From the NCBI RefSeq assembly GCF_009834535.1, contig NC_045696.1, positions 28,274,001 to 28,338,000 of the forward strand: a stretch of DNA of 64,000 bases, in the 5' to 3' direction. This DNA is from Camelus ferus. Lineage: Eukaryota. Numbering within the stretch: position 1 is the stretch's first letter; each line of letters begins with the position of its first letter. Shown in pieces: positions 40,945-53,365 of this stretch. Position numbers and translations under genes: made by a program. A model generated the notes under the pieces. The model searched no databases, had not been told where the DNA came from, and saw only the letters and a program-made list of their open reading frames with translations.

Positions 40945-42447
40945 TCAAACCTGCAGGTGAGCCCAGGTCCCTGGACCCTCACCGCGTTACTCTCCTCCTT
41001 CCTGGGGGGCCTGATGACGTAGGGACCCTCCTGACACTGCTGGGCCTCCAAGGGCTGCGGGTGGAGCAGCAGGAGCACCAGGGCCCCTGGGGAGAGGCTG
41101 AAAGTTGGCCTCGACCTTGGCCAGCATCTGTCTGTTGCGGTCACTCTCCTTTCACAGGTCCTGGAGCTTTCTCTAGGTGGCCACTGCAGCCAGCTAGCTT
41201 CCCTCAGCTCTTTTCTCTTGGAAGCAGATCCCTTTGAGGTGGTAGGAAGAGGTTCTCTCCAGTTCTTCGCCTGCATCTTGGGCGATCTTCTTGCAGAGGT
41301 CGCACATCTGACCTGTGGAGTCCAGGTCTCTACACACATTGGTGAGTTTCTTCCTCACTTCTGAGCAGCAAGCTTCCACCTGAGAGAATTATCTGTGAAG
41401 CTGCACCATGTAGTCATCATAGGCATCAGGCAGACTTTGAAGTTTCAGCTTCAGCTGCTCAGTCTCACCATCAAGCTGGGAATTCTCACACTTCACAGAC
41501 GCTTCTTCTACTTGGAGACTTGTTGTTTGTGCTGTAAGCTCTTGGATCAGTCTGCTTTTCTTCCTGCAAGCGTTTGGCTGTCCCCTGATGTCCCTCTTGA
41601 GGATGTGGAAGGGGCACACTGTGGTCAGCATCATCTGTGATGCCTTTCAGATCACCTTCTGACCCACGGACAGGGCGATGGCCATTTTCTGCTTCCTCCT
41701 GCTGGATGTCTGCGTGCCCTCCATCCACATGACCTCCAAGGAGGTCGGGCGACGGGGTGGTCTTTAGCAGGTGGTCTGCTATGGCTCTTAATCGGCTGAT
41801 TCCTATCTTGCAGGACCTGTGCCTTTCCTGCCTTCGGCCACTCCAGCCTCCCTCCCAACTCCTTTCCCTGGACCTGTCGCTTCCTTCTCCCAATTTCTGG
41901 GTGAAACAGTTCTGGACTTCTGGAAAACGAATATTTTTATTCAAATCATTCTCTTCTTTCTTCTGAGATTGTTCTCCATTTTCTCTGATGGTTTTAAGAT
42001 GTGTTTTCCGTCAGTGACTTGGGAAAGTTGCGGAGGCTGGCTCTTCTGTGCCTTTTCCATAAAGTCAACAGTGCCCTGAAACAATGTCTTCCTTGGTTTT
42101 TCTTTCAAGGCCCAAAAGCTTAAGATTCGTAATAAGGGAGGACTGGCCTCGAGCCCAGGTGGCTTGAGGACTTCATGGGCCTGAGTCATCGGTCCAGTAG
42201 TCTCTCTCCATTTTCCACAGACTTCATCTTGGGCTGAAGACATTTTTCTGAGCGACTTCTCCCTTCTTAAAGTGTACCATCTATTTACTGCCAGGACCAG
42301 CACCCCAGTACACACTAGGATCTCCCAGAGAAACACAGGGAGACCTGGGACTGTGTGTCAAGCTTTCATAACAAGCAGCAGAGCGCTCCACAGGGGCTCC
42401 AGGATCAGCTGGAGAGTGGACCCAAGGGCAAGCAGTAAGACTTCCAT
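40945..42447 (-). pseudogene. Disrupted cTAGE5/MIA2-like (TANGO1 family) pseudogene with intronless coding region
   Basis: gccATGG start at 42447 (MEVLLLALGSTLQLILEPLWSALLLVMKA*HTVPGLPVFLWEILVCTGVLVL) resembles the cTAGE5 N-terminus/TM region (GFPWELVIC). Colinear coiled-coil remnants AQVLQDRNQPIKS, SLQVEEASVKCENSQLDGETEQLKLKLQSLPDAYDDYMVQLHR, AQDAGEELERTSSYHLKGICFQEKRA and RKLQDL*KESDRNRQML recall cTAGE5 (AEQVLNDKESHIK, MKLHRKL, EEELERT, HEKKAH, DLRKENAHNRQKL). In-frame stops (42358-42360, 41389-41391, 41152-41154) and several frameshifts. Confidence 0.88.
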
Positions 42448-42574
42448 GGCTGTGAGGCCTCCCCAGCTCTGCCTCTGAGGACCAGTGTCCTGTGGGCCCC
42501 AAATAACCGCTCAGAACCCTGTGATGTTCCGTCTCCAAGGTTAACTGCCTGACCACCAACGCTGGGCAGTTAGG

Positions 42575-42655
42575 CTGGGGGAGGGGAGGCAGGCCAGGTC
42601 CGAGTAAACAGTTGTCCCTAGCTTTGCTTTGAAAGTGGAAAGTGACTTCACTTAC
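42575..42655 (-). other. Candidate 81-nt 5'UTR intron of the cTAGE-like locus
   Basis: Minus strand AA|GTAAGT...CCTGGCCTGCCTCCCCTCCCCCAG|, about 130 nt upstream of the ATG. Confidence 0.5.
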
Positions 42656-45600
42656 TTAGGCCCTGGGGCAGGTGGAAGGGTTGATCACAGACTAGAGCTG
42701 GGCCACTCGAGGCCCACCTGGCCCTACAGCAAACCTAGAGGGTCAAAGCAGGGCCAGACCCTGTCCCTTTCTGTGCCTAAGAGCAAGTCAGGGCAGAGTG
42801 TGGTGGGGCTCTGTCCTGGGTGAAAGCCATTCTCCTGAGTTAAAGTTTCCTTCTGCTGCAGAGAAACCTGGTCCTGCCCCCAGAGTTCCCAGGGATCGCC
42901 CTCCTCTGAGGCTTCCTCCCACCTAGTGTGTGGTCACTGTGGGAAGACAAGGCCCCAGACTGAAGGGTGTCCCCAAATGTTTAACCAGGACTAGGAATCC
43001 ATCCTCACAACTTAGGAGACTACACTGGGACTGGTTGGATCTCATCATTTCATGGATTCTATGCAGCCAGCACGTCCCTGTTCAATCCATTTTCCTAGAA
43101 GGGGTGACTGTGCTGAGGGCTGAGACAGGGACCCGGGTTCCTTCTGTCCTGTGGACATATTTGGCTCATACCTCCCATTGAGTCTCTAATTCATTAGGTT
43201 GTCTTCCCAAGTGGACCTCTACGGAGGGAGAGGTCCTACTTTCTGCTTCATTTGGCCCCATTTATCTCATTAATCACATCTTGCTCTGCTGACATCTCTC
43301 AGGCCAGCTGTAGGCTCAGAACCTCCTAGTCCACCCCCCGGGACTCTGTCTTGACAGGCTGGTCCCCATCCCTTTAGCAAGAGGGAAATGACAGAATCAT
43401 CTGAGGCCAGTCTGAGGTCTCTGACTGATGACAGGGTTCACGAGCCCCAGGGGACAGTGGTGGGGCTTGGGCCTCGGGCCCCTCCCCGGGGAAGTCAGAC
43501 CCCTTTCACGGTAGCAAGAGCCAACCCTACGCCTGCAAGTGGTTGCTGGTTTTTAAAAAGGACCCGAAATGGGATCACACGTGACTACATCATAATATTT
43601 TCTCCAATACCAAGCCAGCCCTAAAAAGAGAGAAATAGAGTTAAAATATTGCCCCAGAAAGAAGTACAGGATATGTAAAAGCTTCCGAGAAACTAGAGGC
43701 AATGGGGGAGGAGGGCAGGGCAGGGACAGTTGCCTTTATGATCATCCTTGTGTGACTACTGGAAAGTTTAACCTCCACGCACCTAATGCAGCAATAAAGA
43801 GTAAATGTCACTGTCTGGTTCAACCCATAGTTAATAAATCAAAATCTAGGTGGATCCCAGGACCTAGTATTTTAGTATATTTGTCCTTGTGTCCCCAAGG
43901 TGGTTGGATGCAGAGCCAGGGTGGGGACCACCGGTCCTCACAACCATGATGTCACCACGATTTCTTCTGCTCCAGGGGTTTATCTCTGAGTTATCTCCGC
44001 ACCAGGGTGTGAGGGGACAGGAGGCAGACCATGCTGGTCTTCTGCCTCTTGCCCACATCGGTCTTCTACATTGTCAAGGCCTGTCCCGAGGCCGCCTTCA
44101 CTAAATGCTCGCAGAATAGATGTGTGAACACTGCACATATGACAAAGGGTAGGATTCTGCGCGTTTCCCCGCTGTTCTTAACCAAACACGAGGCTTCCTC
44201 ATGCCCTCCGAGACTGGACTGGTCCAGATGGACTCTTTCCCCACGTCTACAAAGGGGAAGAAAATGAGGAACTGCTGGAAGTCTGCCTAAGCCTTAATGA
44301 CTTAATTGAAAACAATCTTATTTTGATATAACCTCCCTAAACTTTTTTTTTCTGTAAAAAATGTCCTTTCGTAAAATGACAGCAATAATGAAAATGGTTT
44401 GTTGGTTTTTAATTTCTGATTTGGCAAAATGCAAAGTGGGGAACCCAATATGCAGGACCAATGGGCTTCTATCCCTGTGGACGTTGTAAGGGTCTGAGTG
44501 TCGCAGTCTGGGAATGTCTGCTCAGAAGCTGGTTTCTGACCCATGGCTTTTTCTCTGTCCTGCCTGGGTTCCTGCCTGGAAGTACATGTTCCCAAGTTCT
44601 GAGGACAGCCCATAAGAGACACCAAATGCCCAACTACCTTTATAACCACCCATATCAATCTGCACCCACTGTACACATTCAGCGTTAAAAGATTTCATCA
44701 GTATATAGATTTTAACAAAGATTTTTGTGTGTCTTAAATATTAAGGGGAACCATTCCACTTTGTAGGAAAAATAAAATGCAAGGAAGGAGTGAATTGCCC
44801 ATTGATCTCCATAAAAACACTTTTAGTCTGTTTGAGCATTAAGTGCTCTTAGAAGCTTATTGAACTTCTGAGCTATAACTCCACTTTTATACTAACTCTT
44901 TACAGCCATGGTTTCAACCAGAAAGACGAATGTTTTAAATTAGGTGTCCAAGAAAAGCATTAACCTTTTCAAGTAAATTGTGTTATTTCCTTTACTGCTG
45001 TGAATTATATAACTAAAAATAATGTTGTGTCCACAGACAAAAGATGCTACTTGTGACCCACCATAAAAGGGAGATGTACAGCAGTGTGTTCCATGGAATG
45101 ATGGCTTTGCGCTAAGGAGACCATACACTCCTGAGTTGTCTGTGGCATATGCCTCTGTGGTTCACTGGGGCTCACTGTGAAGGCCGTGGGTCCTATCAGC
45201 CTGTGTTAACAAAACAGAAACAAAAACCCTGAGATTCATGCAACCACCATTCCTTCACACAACCAGGTGGCCCATGGGGTTTGCTTCATCCTTTTATAAT
45301 AAATTACACCTGCCTGGCAGTTGCCATCATCTTATAATAAATTTTCCTCTCAGAATATTCATTTTGTCTCTCTTGGGCTCGGATCTCCAGATGGACAGGC
45401 CAACAATGCGTTCAGCCAAAATTGTGTTGCTTCTCTAAACATAACTTTGTTCGTCCCCATACAACACTTTTAGTCTCTTGAAAGCAATGCAATGCATATT
45501 TAAAATAATTAAATATAGGTCAGGTATATATCTGTAACTGCGGAAGAGTCCATTCACTGCATACTAAAAAAAAAAAAAAATTCAAATATCTATTGTTCGC

Positions 45601-46532
45601 TGAGCAACAAAATAATTAGCTCGGAGGATTCTGGCCTGAGATGGTCTGAATATCAATGTGCTGGTAGAGAAGAATTTTCCATCTATATGAAAATAAAATA
45701 GCAGTGGACTCATCCCCTCTACCCCATGCAATTTCCTATGGTTTTCGCCCACAGGAAATGTTAAGAATTTATCAGGCAGAAAATTGTAACAGAGATGTGT
45801 CTCATCAGTATTAAGAATGTCGTGGGTTTCCAGGTTTCCTAATGTGTTGAGAAAGGAAAAAGCCTTCAGATGATTCTCAGAGGGAACAAGAAGAGGCTAC
45901 ATTGCTTACAAAGCCTGGAGAGAACGCAAGCCAAATAGAACTACAGAAACAGCAGGATAAGGACACCTCTCTCAGCAACAACACAGATGACATGACCCAC
46001 AGAAACCCCTGTTTCTGTCCCTACTTGCTGCTTCAGGCAGCCTGCCGGGCGGTGAGCAGCGGCTGCTGAAGTCAAAAGCGGTTTTAGGCCCTGATCTGTG
46101 ATGTGTCATTTTGTTGCACTAGGACTTCAGTTATTGGCACTATTGTTCAAAACACTTCTTCATTGTAAGTTAAGCTGCATCAAGAGTCATATAAAATATG
46201 AGCTGCGCATAGAGATATTCATATATGAACATTAAAATACCTGTAAAGCTTTCTAGTAGGAAAAAAAATTAATCTCAGTGTGATCAGTCAAATGCAAGGC
46301 AGTTAAAAATGATCAGATAATATACAAACAGAAATTCATCCCCCCTTTCTGGAATAAACTAAAGACAAAATAAATTTTATTTTTCTAACATAGGCAATTT
46401 AATCACAAATATTGGCTAGTCCTTTCACTAGATCCTGTATTAGATGAATAAATAGTAACTAATAAGATTGATTTGCTTTGAAATTATCATTATTTGAGTA
46501 CAATAAATTATTCAAACTAAGAGTTTTTTTTT

Positions 46533-46640
46533 AATATTCAACAATATTAATTAAACATTTGTTTAGCACCTACTATGTGGCAAGTAGTAGGCTATATGAA
46601 GAAACTACAACGGACAGAATTAATCTTAGCCTTCAAGTTC
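46533..46640 (-). mobile_element. L2 3'-end fragment
   Basis: aaacatttgtttagcacctactatgtggcaagta. Confidence 0.6.
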
Positions 46641-47259
46641 AGTGTAGTCAATTATAATGTAGTATAAACTATTAGAAAACAAAAAAGAAAAGAAATTTGG
46701 ATAAGGCAAAGAATGCTTTCTTCTACAGGAAAAATGTTATAAAATTACTCTATTAAACATTTACCCACGTATAAATCTGGGTCACACCTTAATTCTCTAA
46801 TTGTGGTGAGTTACTGTTAGAGCAGATTTTGTTCAGGTAATCTATCTCCTGGTAGTCTTGTCTTTAAGAACCAAGATCAAGACTTCCTAGCCTGTTTAGT
46901 TTACACAGGCTCACGTGTCTGTCTTGACAATGTCTTTCTTTACCCTTTATACTAAGTGGATTCAACCTTCTTGGTTGCCACGAAGAAGGAAATATTCTTT
47001 GATACTGACAGGCTGTTATAGTGCTAGAATTCCAATTCAACTGAAGAGCATTGCTAAGGAACTGAAAGATCCTGTGTTCCCCTCTTAGGATCTGTCAAAG
47101 TGATTCCAGTAGGTAGAGGAGATAAAACAACTCCAACACCTTCTTAACACTGTTTATTTACAGATTTATTAATGGTCACAGGAAACTAGGTTAAGGGAAA
47201 AATGACTTGATTTTCTCAAATACACATGTTTTGATTTACATTATTTACTTATTTATTTA

Positions 47260-47396
47260 ATTTTTTTTTATTTTTGGGGGAGGTAATTAGGTTTGTTTGT
47301 TTGTTTGTTTGTTTGTTTTACTGGAGGTACTGGGGATTGAATCCTGGACCTCGTGTATGCTAAGCACGTGCTCTACCACTGAGCTATTCCATCCCT
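47260..47396 (-). mobile_element. tRNA-derived SINE (Vic-1-like), full length
   Basis: gggggaggtaattaggtttg(tttg)n...ggaggtactggggattgaatcctggacctcgtgtatgctaagcacgtgctctaccactgagctattccatccc. Confidence 0.93.
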
Positions 47397-48244
47397 GCGA
47401 TTTATATAATTTATGTAAAACATTAACCCCCTCCATTCTTTGTTCTATGATTAACTGAGCCTGTATTTTGATTTCCGACCTCTGGTGGTTCACTTTTTAC
47501 ATCTAAAGAATCCTTTAGTAACTCTCTTTTCCTATGTCCACATTTAAAAAATTTATCTCCTTTAACTTGCGTCAACAATCAGAGTAGGTTTTTGGTATCC
47601 TATGTTACCTGATGATAATTCTAATTCTAAATGAATTTTATCTAAATATCAGAAAACCGTAGGATGCTTCTGCATTGACTACTATCCAGAATATGAGATG
47701 CTTATTTTCCATTATATTGTATAGAAATCAGTTGGTTTTACATTGACATGTCTATTTTTCCACAGCTCTTGTATTTTATAAAACTGTTCTTCATATATTT
47801 TAGAGTGTATTTCATACACATTATTTTACTCCTTGTCATTCTACACATTTGTGATATTTAAATTGGAAACTTTGACAACAAAACAAGTAATTAAAGTAAA
47901 AGCAAAATGACCATGAATAAACAATACTACTGTTTATTAAGCAACTAATCTGTTTGATTTAGTGTCAACTTAGCACGTTTAGAAACTTTGAAGGACCAAG
48001 TTTGAAAAACTGACAACAAAGATGTCTGTAGAATAGGTATGTAGATGAAGCCTATGAAAGTATAGAGAATGTGACATTGTTTCGGGCCATGTGAATGCCT
48101 CCATCCATATTGAGTCTTACTGGTCAAGATGTTTGTGTAGAGACACTCCAAATATTAATTACTTCCAGGCTTTCAGGGACTCCCTTGGTTTAGTTTCTGT
48201 TTAAGTGCTTCTAACATGACTTGTTTGTTTGTTTATTCATTTAT

Positions 48245-49790
48245 TTGGTATATACTTTAAATTGAATGCCTGCAGCTAAAAGGTACATTAATGATAAGTG
48301 TGTAAATCAACGAACTTCCACACTCATGTGATCAGCAGTCTTTTCAATAAACAGAATTTTAGCAGCATCCCAGAACCCACTCTGGCCCCTTCCAGGATTA
48401 TTCCCTTTCAAGGCTGATCATTACCCCGGCTATCGATTAGTTTTACCTGTTTTTGAAATGTATATAAGCATACTAATTCAGGACATATATCTTTGTGTCT
48501 GGCTTTCATCCCTCTACATTATAAGATCATGTTTCCTATGTATAGTTGTAGTTCAAAATTCTTATAGCTGCTTTTTTTTTAGAACCAGAATCCAATCAAA
48601 GTTCACACATTACACTTTGGGTTGTTTTTTTGTTTTGTTTTGTTTTTTGGTTTTTTTTGGTGTGGGGAGGTAATCAGGTTTATTTATTTATAACAGAGGT
48701 ACTGGGGATTGAACCCAGGACCTCATGCATGCTAGGCACACACTCACACTCTACCACTTCTTATTACTGTATAGTATTCAATTTTATTACTTTATCATAA
48801 TTTCCTTATCCATTTTTCTGTTGATAGCAGTTTGGAGTGTCTTGGTTATTACAAATAATGCTCCTATAAATATTCATGTACTTCTGTTTTGTGAACATAG
48901 TACTCCTATTTTTGTTGGGTATATATCTAAGGAGAATTGCTGGCTCAAAGAATATGTATGAGTAGATATAAAACACAGTTTCAAAAATGATTGTATCAAT
49001 TTATATTTGACGTTTGCTTGACTCTAAAAGTGATGCCTCCTTAACTTTGGTGCCCAGGCCATAGACTAGTCCTAGCCTTGCACTGACTTTCTTAATGGAT
49101 GATGAAATTTCTTGATGAATAATATACTTATTGGTTATTTAAATATCTTGTTTTGTGAAGTACATATTCAACTCTTGCATATTTTTAAACTGGATTGTCT
49201 GCCTTTTTCTTATGGAATTGTATGACTTCTTTATATACAATATACTGTGTTTTTTGTCAAATAGATACATAACAAATATATCCTCCCACTCTCAAACTAC
49301 CTTTCACTTCCTTAGTGATGACTTTTGAGTAGAGTAGCTCTTAATCTGTAGAGTAGTTTATAATGACTAGAGTACTTCTTAATTTAATTAATTTTCTAAT
49401 TTAGATCCACAATCCACCTGGAAATTATTCTTTGTGTACGTTTTGAAGTAGAGGTCAAGATTAAATTTTTTTCTATGCAGATAGTCATCTGGCCCAGCAC
49501 CATTTCTTGAAAATACCATCCTTTCACACTATTCTTCATCATCATCTTTATCATAAATTAAATAACCATAGATGTATGACAGTTTCTAAGCTGTTCCACT
49601 GATCAATTTTTAAATTATTTGATCAACATCATACTGACCTAAATAAGGTAGCTTTATTTTTGGTCTTCATATGTAGAGTATGATTCTTCTAGTTTTCTTC
49701 TTTTTATTCTTTAAAATTCCCTTGGCTAATCTTGATTGATTTCTGCATTTTTGTATTTACATATGATTTTTATAATCTGTCTGTTAATGC
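48245..49790 (-). mobile_element. Old L1 (L1M) antisense remnants, interrupted by a SINE
   Basis: Antisense L1 3'UTR/ORF2-like text (ttattacaaataatgctcctataaatattcatgtac..., ggcccagcaccatttcttgaaaataccatcctttc). Confidence 0.75.
48620..48757 (-). mobile_element. tRNA-derived SINE (Vic-1-like), missing its extreme 5' end
   Basis: ggggaggtaatcaggtttatttattt...gaggtactggggattgaacccaggacctcatgcatgctaggcac...ctctaccact; the gagct... 5' segment is absent. Confidence 0.9.
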
Positions 49791-49807
49791 CCCCACCCCT
49801 CCCTACC

Positions 49808-49843
49808 AAAAAGAAAGAAAGAAAGAAAGAAAGAAAGAAAAAA
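49808..49843. repeat. (GAAA)n microsatellite
   Basis: Direct reading. Confidence 0.9.
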
Positions 49844-52800
49844 CTCCGTAAGATTTTAAGACACTGTACTGAAATTACTTTCTTATTACACCCAAAAGCA
49901 ATGTTGGAGTGGCTTTATACTATATATATTATATATCTCTTCATTTAGGCTGCTGCTTTTGGAAAAGAGAAAGTTAGTTTCCATTCACAAAGAAGACTGA
50001 TAAAACTGAATCCTTACTAAAAACCATTCTAGAATAGCTGCGCTAGGTATTTGTCACTTTCTCTCATTACACATACAAGGTCAATAAAGAAAAATGACAT
50101 TTATGGAGTAATGCTTGAAGAATATGCAGAACATCTATGGCTTGAGTAAACTGATAGGATCCAGGCCTCTTCTCAAATTCCGTGACCAGCTGATTACCAA
50201 GTGGTTCCGTGGGGCCACTTATGAACCCAGGTAAAAGGACTTAACAATCAGTTTAAGACATGTGCCTTCAACAGTGGAGATGCCATCAGTGAGGAATGAA
50301 GCTGGCATGCATTTTCCATCTCACACCTGGGTGCTATCATTTTCCTCTGCTTTAGACTAGGTTTTTGGAGTTTCTTGACTGAATTGTTTTCTTTTGGTCC
50401 CTTCTTAGATGTTTTCCTTTCTGAATTTTTGAGTGATGTTACGATACTGTCATACATTAACAGAAATGTCTCTAAAACTCTGGTCGTACGTTGTACACAA
50501 CTTTTACTAATTACAAATGGGTTGTAGAAGTTCCATTTGCTGAATTATAGTGTTCTTTTTGTGAGGACAAGTAAAAAATTTATTAATTTCATGTTTCAAT
50601 CTGAGAGAATTCAGCTTCTGAACAGTCTTGTTTTTATCTTATGGAGATCATGAATCATGCAACTAATTATGTTCTCAAAGAGGAATTAAAATATTAGAAA
50701 CAAATATACAGATTATCTATAGATACATGGATTTTTTTTTTAGAATCTGTTTGTGTCAATTTTTTCTTCTATTTATCTTTTCTCTTATCTCTTTTTTGAC
50801 CCAATTTTTTTCTTTAATTTAATACATTTTTTCTATTATTGTGACTTTTATTGTCCTATTGCCTATTTTAAAGTTCATTTTGTCCTGAAAAGGAATGAAT
50901 TACTATTTCAGTGAATAGGTGATGGGTAGAGAGGATCAGGGAAATTGCATGAAAGAGAAAAGTTGACATGAGTTAAAAGGGATTTGTGGGCAATGTATTA
51001 AACAGCCTTTAATGACTGGAATTAAAAGAGTTAAAAATAGTTTAAGTAGAAAGGAGAACCTTAAGAGAAGAAGAAATAAGATGATAAAACCATATCAGAG
51101 GAGATGCCTTTGTGGCAACAAGTGAAGGGCAACAAATGACACCTCGGTTATTATCCAAAGCAAACCAGGAGGTAGAGGCATCAGGAAGGAAAATGAGCTT
51201 TGTTGTATAGTGAAAGGAATGTCATTTTCTGAGGTCTTTTACAAGTTAGCTTTTCATATCATAGCAGCACAAAAGTTTGAACCTAGTCTGAGTTCCAAGG
51301 TAATGTTTCCTTGCAGAAGATCAGATTACTTGGCCATCACCCAGGAATGGGGAGATGGTGAGCTGCATAGTCTCATGTGCTAATTGATTCCGGCATTGAT
51401 TCTGCTAATTCAGGACACATGAAACATTGATTAACATAAAGACAGTGTTCACTGATCGTCATAAAATTCTTAACCAAATCCTGCAACGAAGGTAATCAGG
51501 AACTGGGGACTTTCTTCCAGAAGCCAGGAAGAAACACACATACACACACACAAACACAAGCATGCACAACTGAGAACAATTTTGGAAAGGTTGCACTAAT
51601 AGAAAAATCTGCTTCATAACGTGACAGGGGATGACGAGGCAAGACCTGCTCTAAAGACTAGTGACAAATGAACGGAGGAATTGCTTGGTCGTGCACGGCT
51701 CTCCCGAGAGCTGGCTTGGAACTTGGAAGCCTGACCATGCCAGTTCTTAAAACAAAAATTCTTGAGTGGGTATGGAGCGCACTACTACCCACTGTTGAAC
51801 AACCAAACATTAAACCAGTGTAATTCTGCTGTATTTCTACAGAAATACTGTAAGGTTAAAAAAATAAAATAAAACCTTTTACATATAGAACAGTTTTCTG
51901 CTTTATATACCTCCTACGTGCATGTATGTCTTAAACTGTCAAGATACTTTAATGAAACATAAACATATAAGTAATTCTGGAGGAAATGCTGGCTTATTTT
52001 AATAAGTAACACTCAGAATATTACCATAAGATTCTTTCTTAACCTGAATCACTTAAATTTTCTGAGAACTGTTTCACATTAGTAAAATAGGATTGTTGGA
52101 TAAGATAATTGCTAAGATGCCTTCAGGCTCTCAAATTGCATAATTCTCTAATTATGCATGACTACTGGCAGTTGAGTTTTCTCACATTATCTCACGGACA
52201 ACCACAGCGCCGTACATACTAGGAAGCTAAAAATGTTTAATGCATGAGTAGATTTTAGTTTGTATTGCTTAAATTTAAAGGAACTTAATAAAATATACTT
52301 CTCAACAGCAGAATTATTTCCCACAAAATATTCTTAAAGTATGTTTTCCCCATTCTAATTTTTTCAAAATAAAGATAAACTACAATTTGCTTTGACAATA
52401 ATATAATAGATAAAATATTAATTATACTCAATGTAAATGGAATGCTACACTAAAATAGTCTTAACAATTACTTTCATTTTGCCCAACGATATATTACCTT
52501 GAAGCCTGTTTTCATATACAACAAGTATTCAAGAGGTCATTGGACAAAGATGCCCCAGAGTATGCAATTCAACCAAAAGAGTCACATATGACTTATACAG
52601 GTGTTTAAAAATAAATACACAATAATAGTAAAGGGTTGTGCTGTCTAAACAAGGTTTGTGATAAGGGGAAGGAAATTCAACTTACTCAAAGTTTGTAAAA
52701 CTATAATCAAATAGTAAAGGTTATTAGTTTGTAAATTATTGGAGCCACTTTCTGTCTTCAATATTACAGTTAGTGGCTGGCAAAAGAGTACACAGATATT

Positions 52801-52939
52801 TGGATAGGATAATAAAATATAGATGTGTCAGGCTAAAGGTAGGTGAGAAAGATTGAGGCAAAGTGTCTTCAAGATTTATCTATTTAAAAAATAAAAAATA
52901 AATTTAAAATTTATCTATTTTGTAGCATGTGTTAAATTT

Positions 52940-53365
52940 TCCTTTTTAATTTTTTAATTTTTAAATTTTTTGGTTTTTTTCCTTTTAAGACAATAATATT
53001 CAACCATATATATATACACATACGCACCATGTTTTATCTACTAATCCATCCATGAATACTTGGGCTACTTCCATCTTTCAGATATTGTGAATAATGCTGC
53101 TATGAACATGGGTGTACAAATATCTATCTGAATAGCTGCTTTCAATTTTGAGAAGGGGGTGTATATTCAGAAGTAAAATTGCTGGATCATACGGTAATTC
53201 CATGGCTAATTATTTTAGAAATCACTATATCATTTGCCTCTGGGGCTGTGTCATTTTATATTTCCACCAGTAATGCACAAGGGTTGAATTTTCTCCACAT
53301 CCTTACCAGCACTTGTTATTTTCTGTGTTTTTTATAGCAGCAATACTAATGGATGTTAAATGTAT
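52940..53365 (-). mobile_element. L1 (L1MB-like) ORF2 C-terminal fragment
   Basis: tattgtgaataatgctgctatgaacatgggtgtacaaatatct...aattgctggatcatacggtaattc...ttctccacatccttaccagcacttgttattttc. Confidence 0.9.

Noticed and set aside
40951..40983. GTGAG...CAG mini-intron at the pseudogene 3' end (minus strand)
   Set aside because: Only about 32 nt, too short for a mammalian spliceosomal intron.
40851..42559. Long minus-strand ORFs (162, 152, 131 and 92 aa) as independent genes
   Set aside because: They are in-frame and out-of-frame pieces of the frameshifted cTAGE-like pseudogene; high GC lengthens chance ORFs.
50159..50560. Protein-like short frames on both strands (e.g. ORF 50248-50457)
   Set aside because: No recognisable homology and weak splice context.
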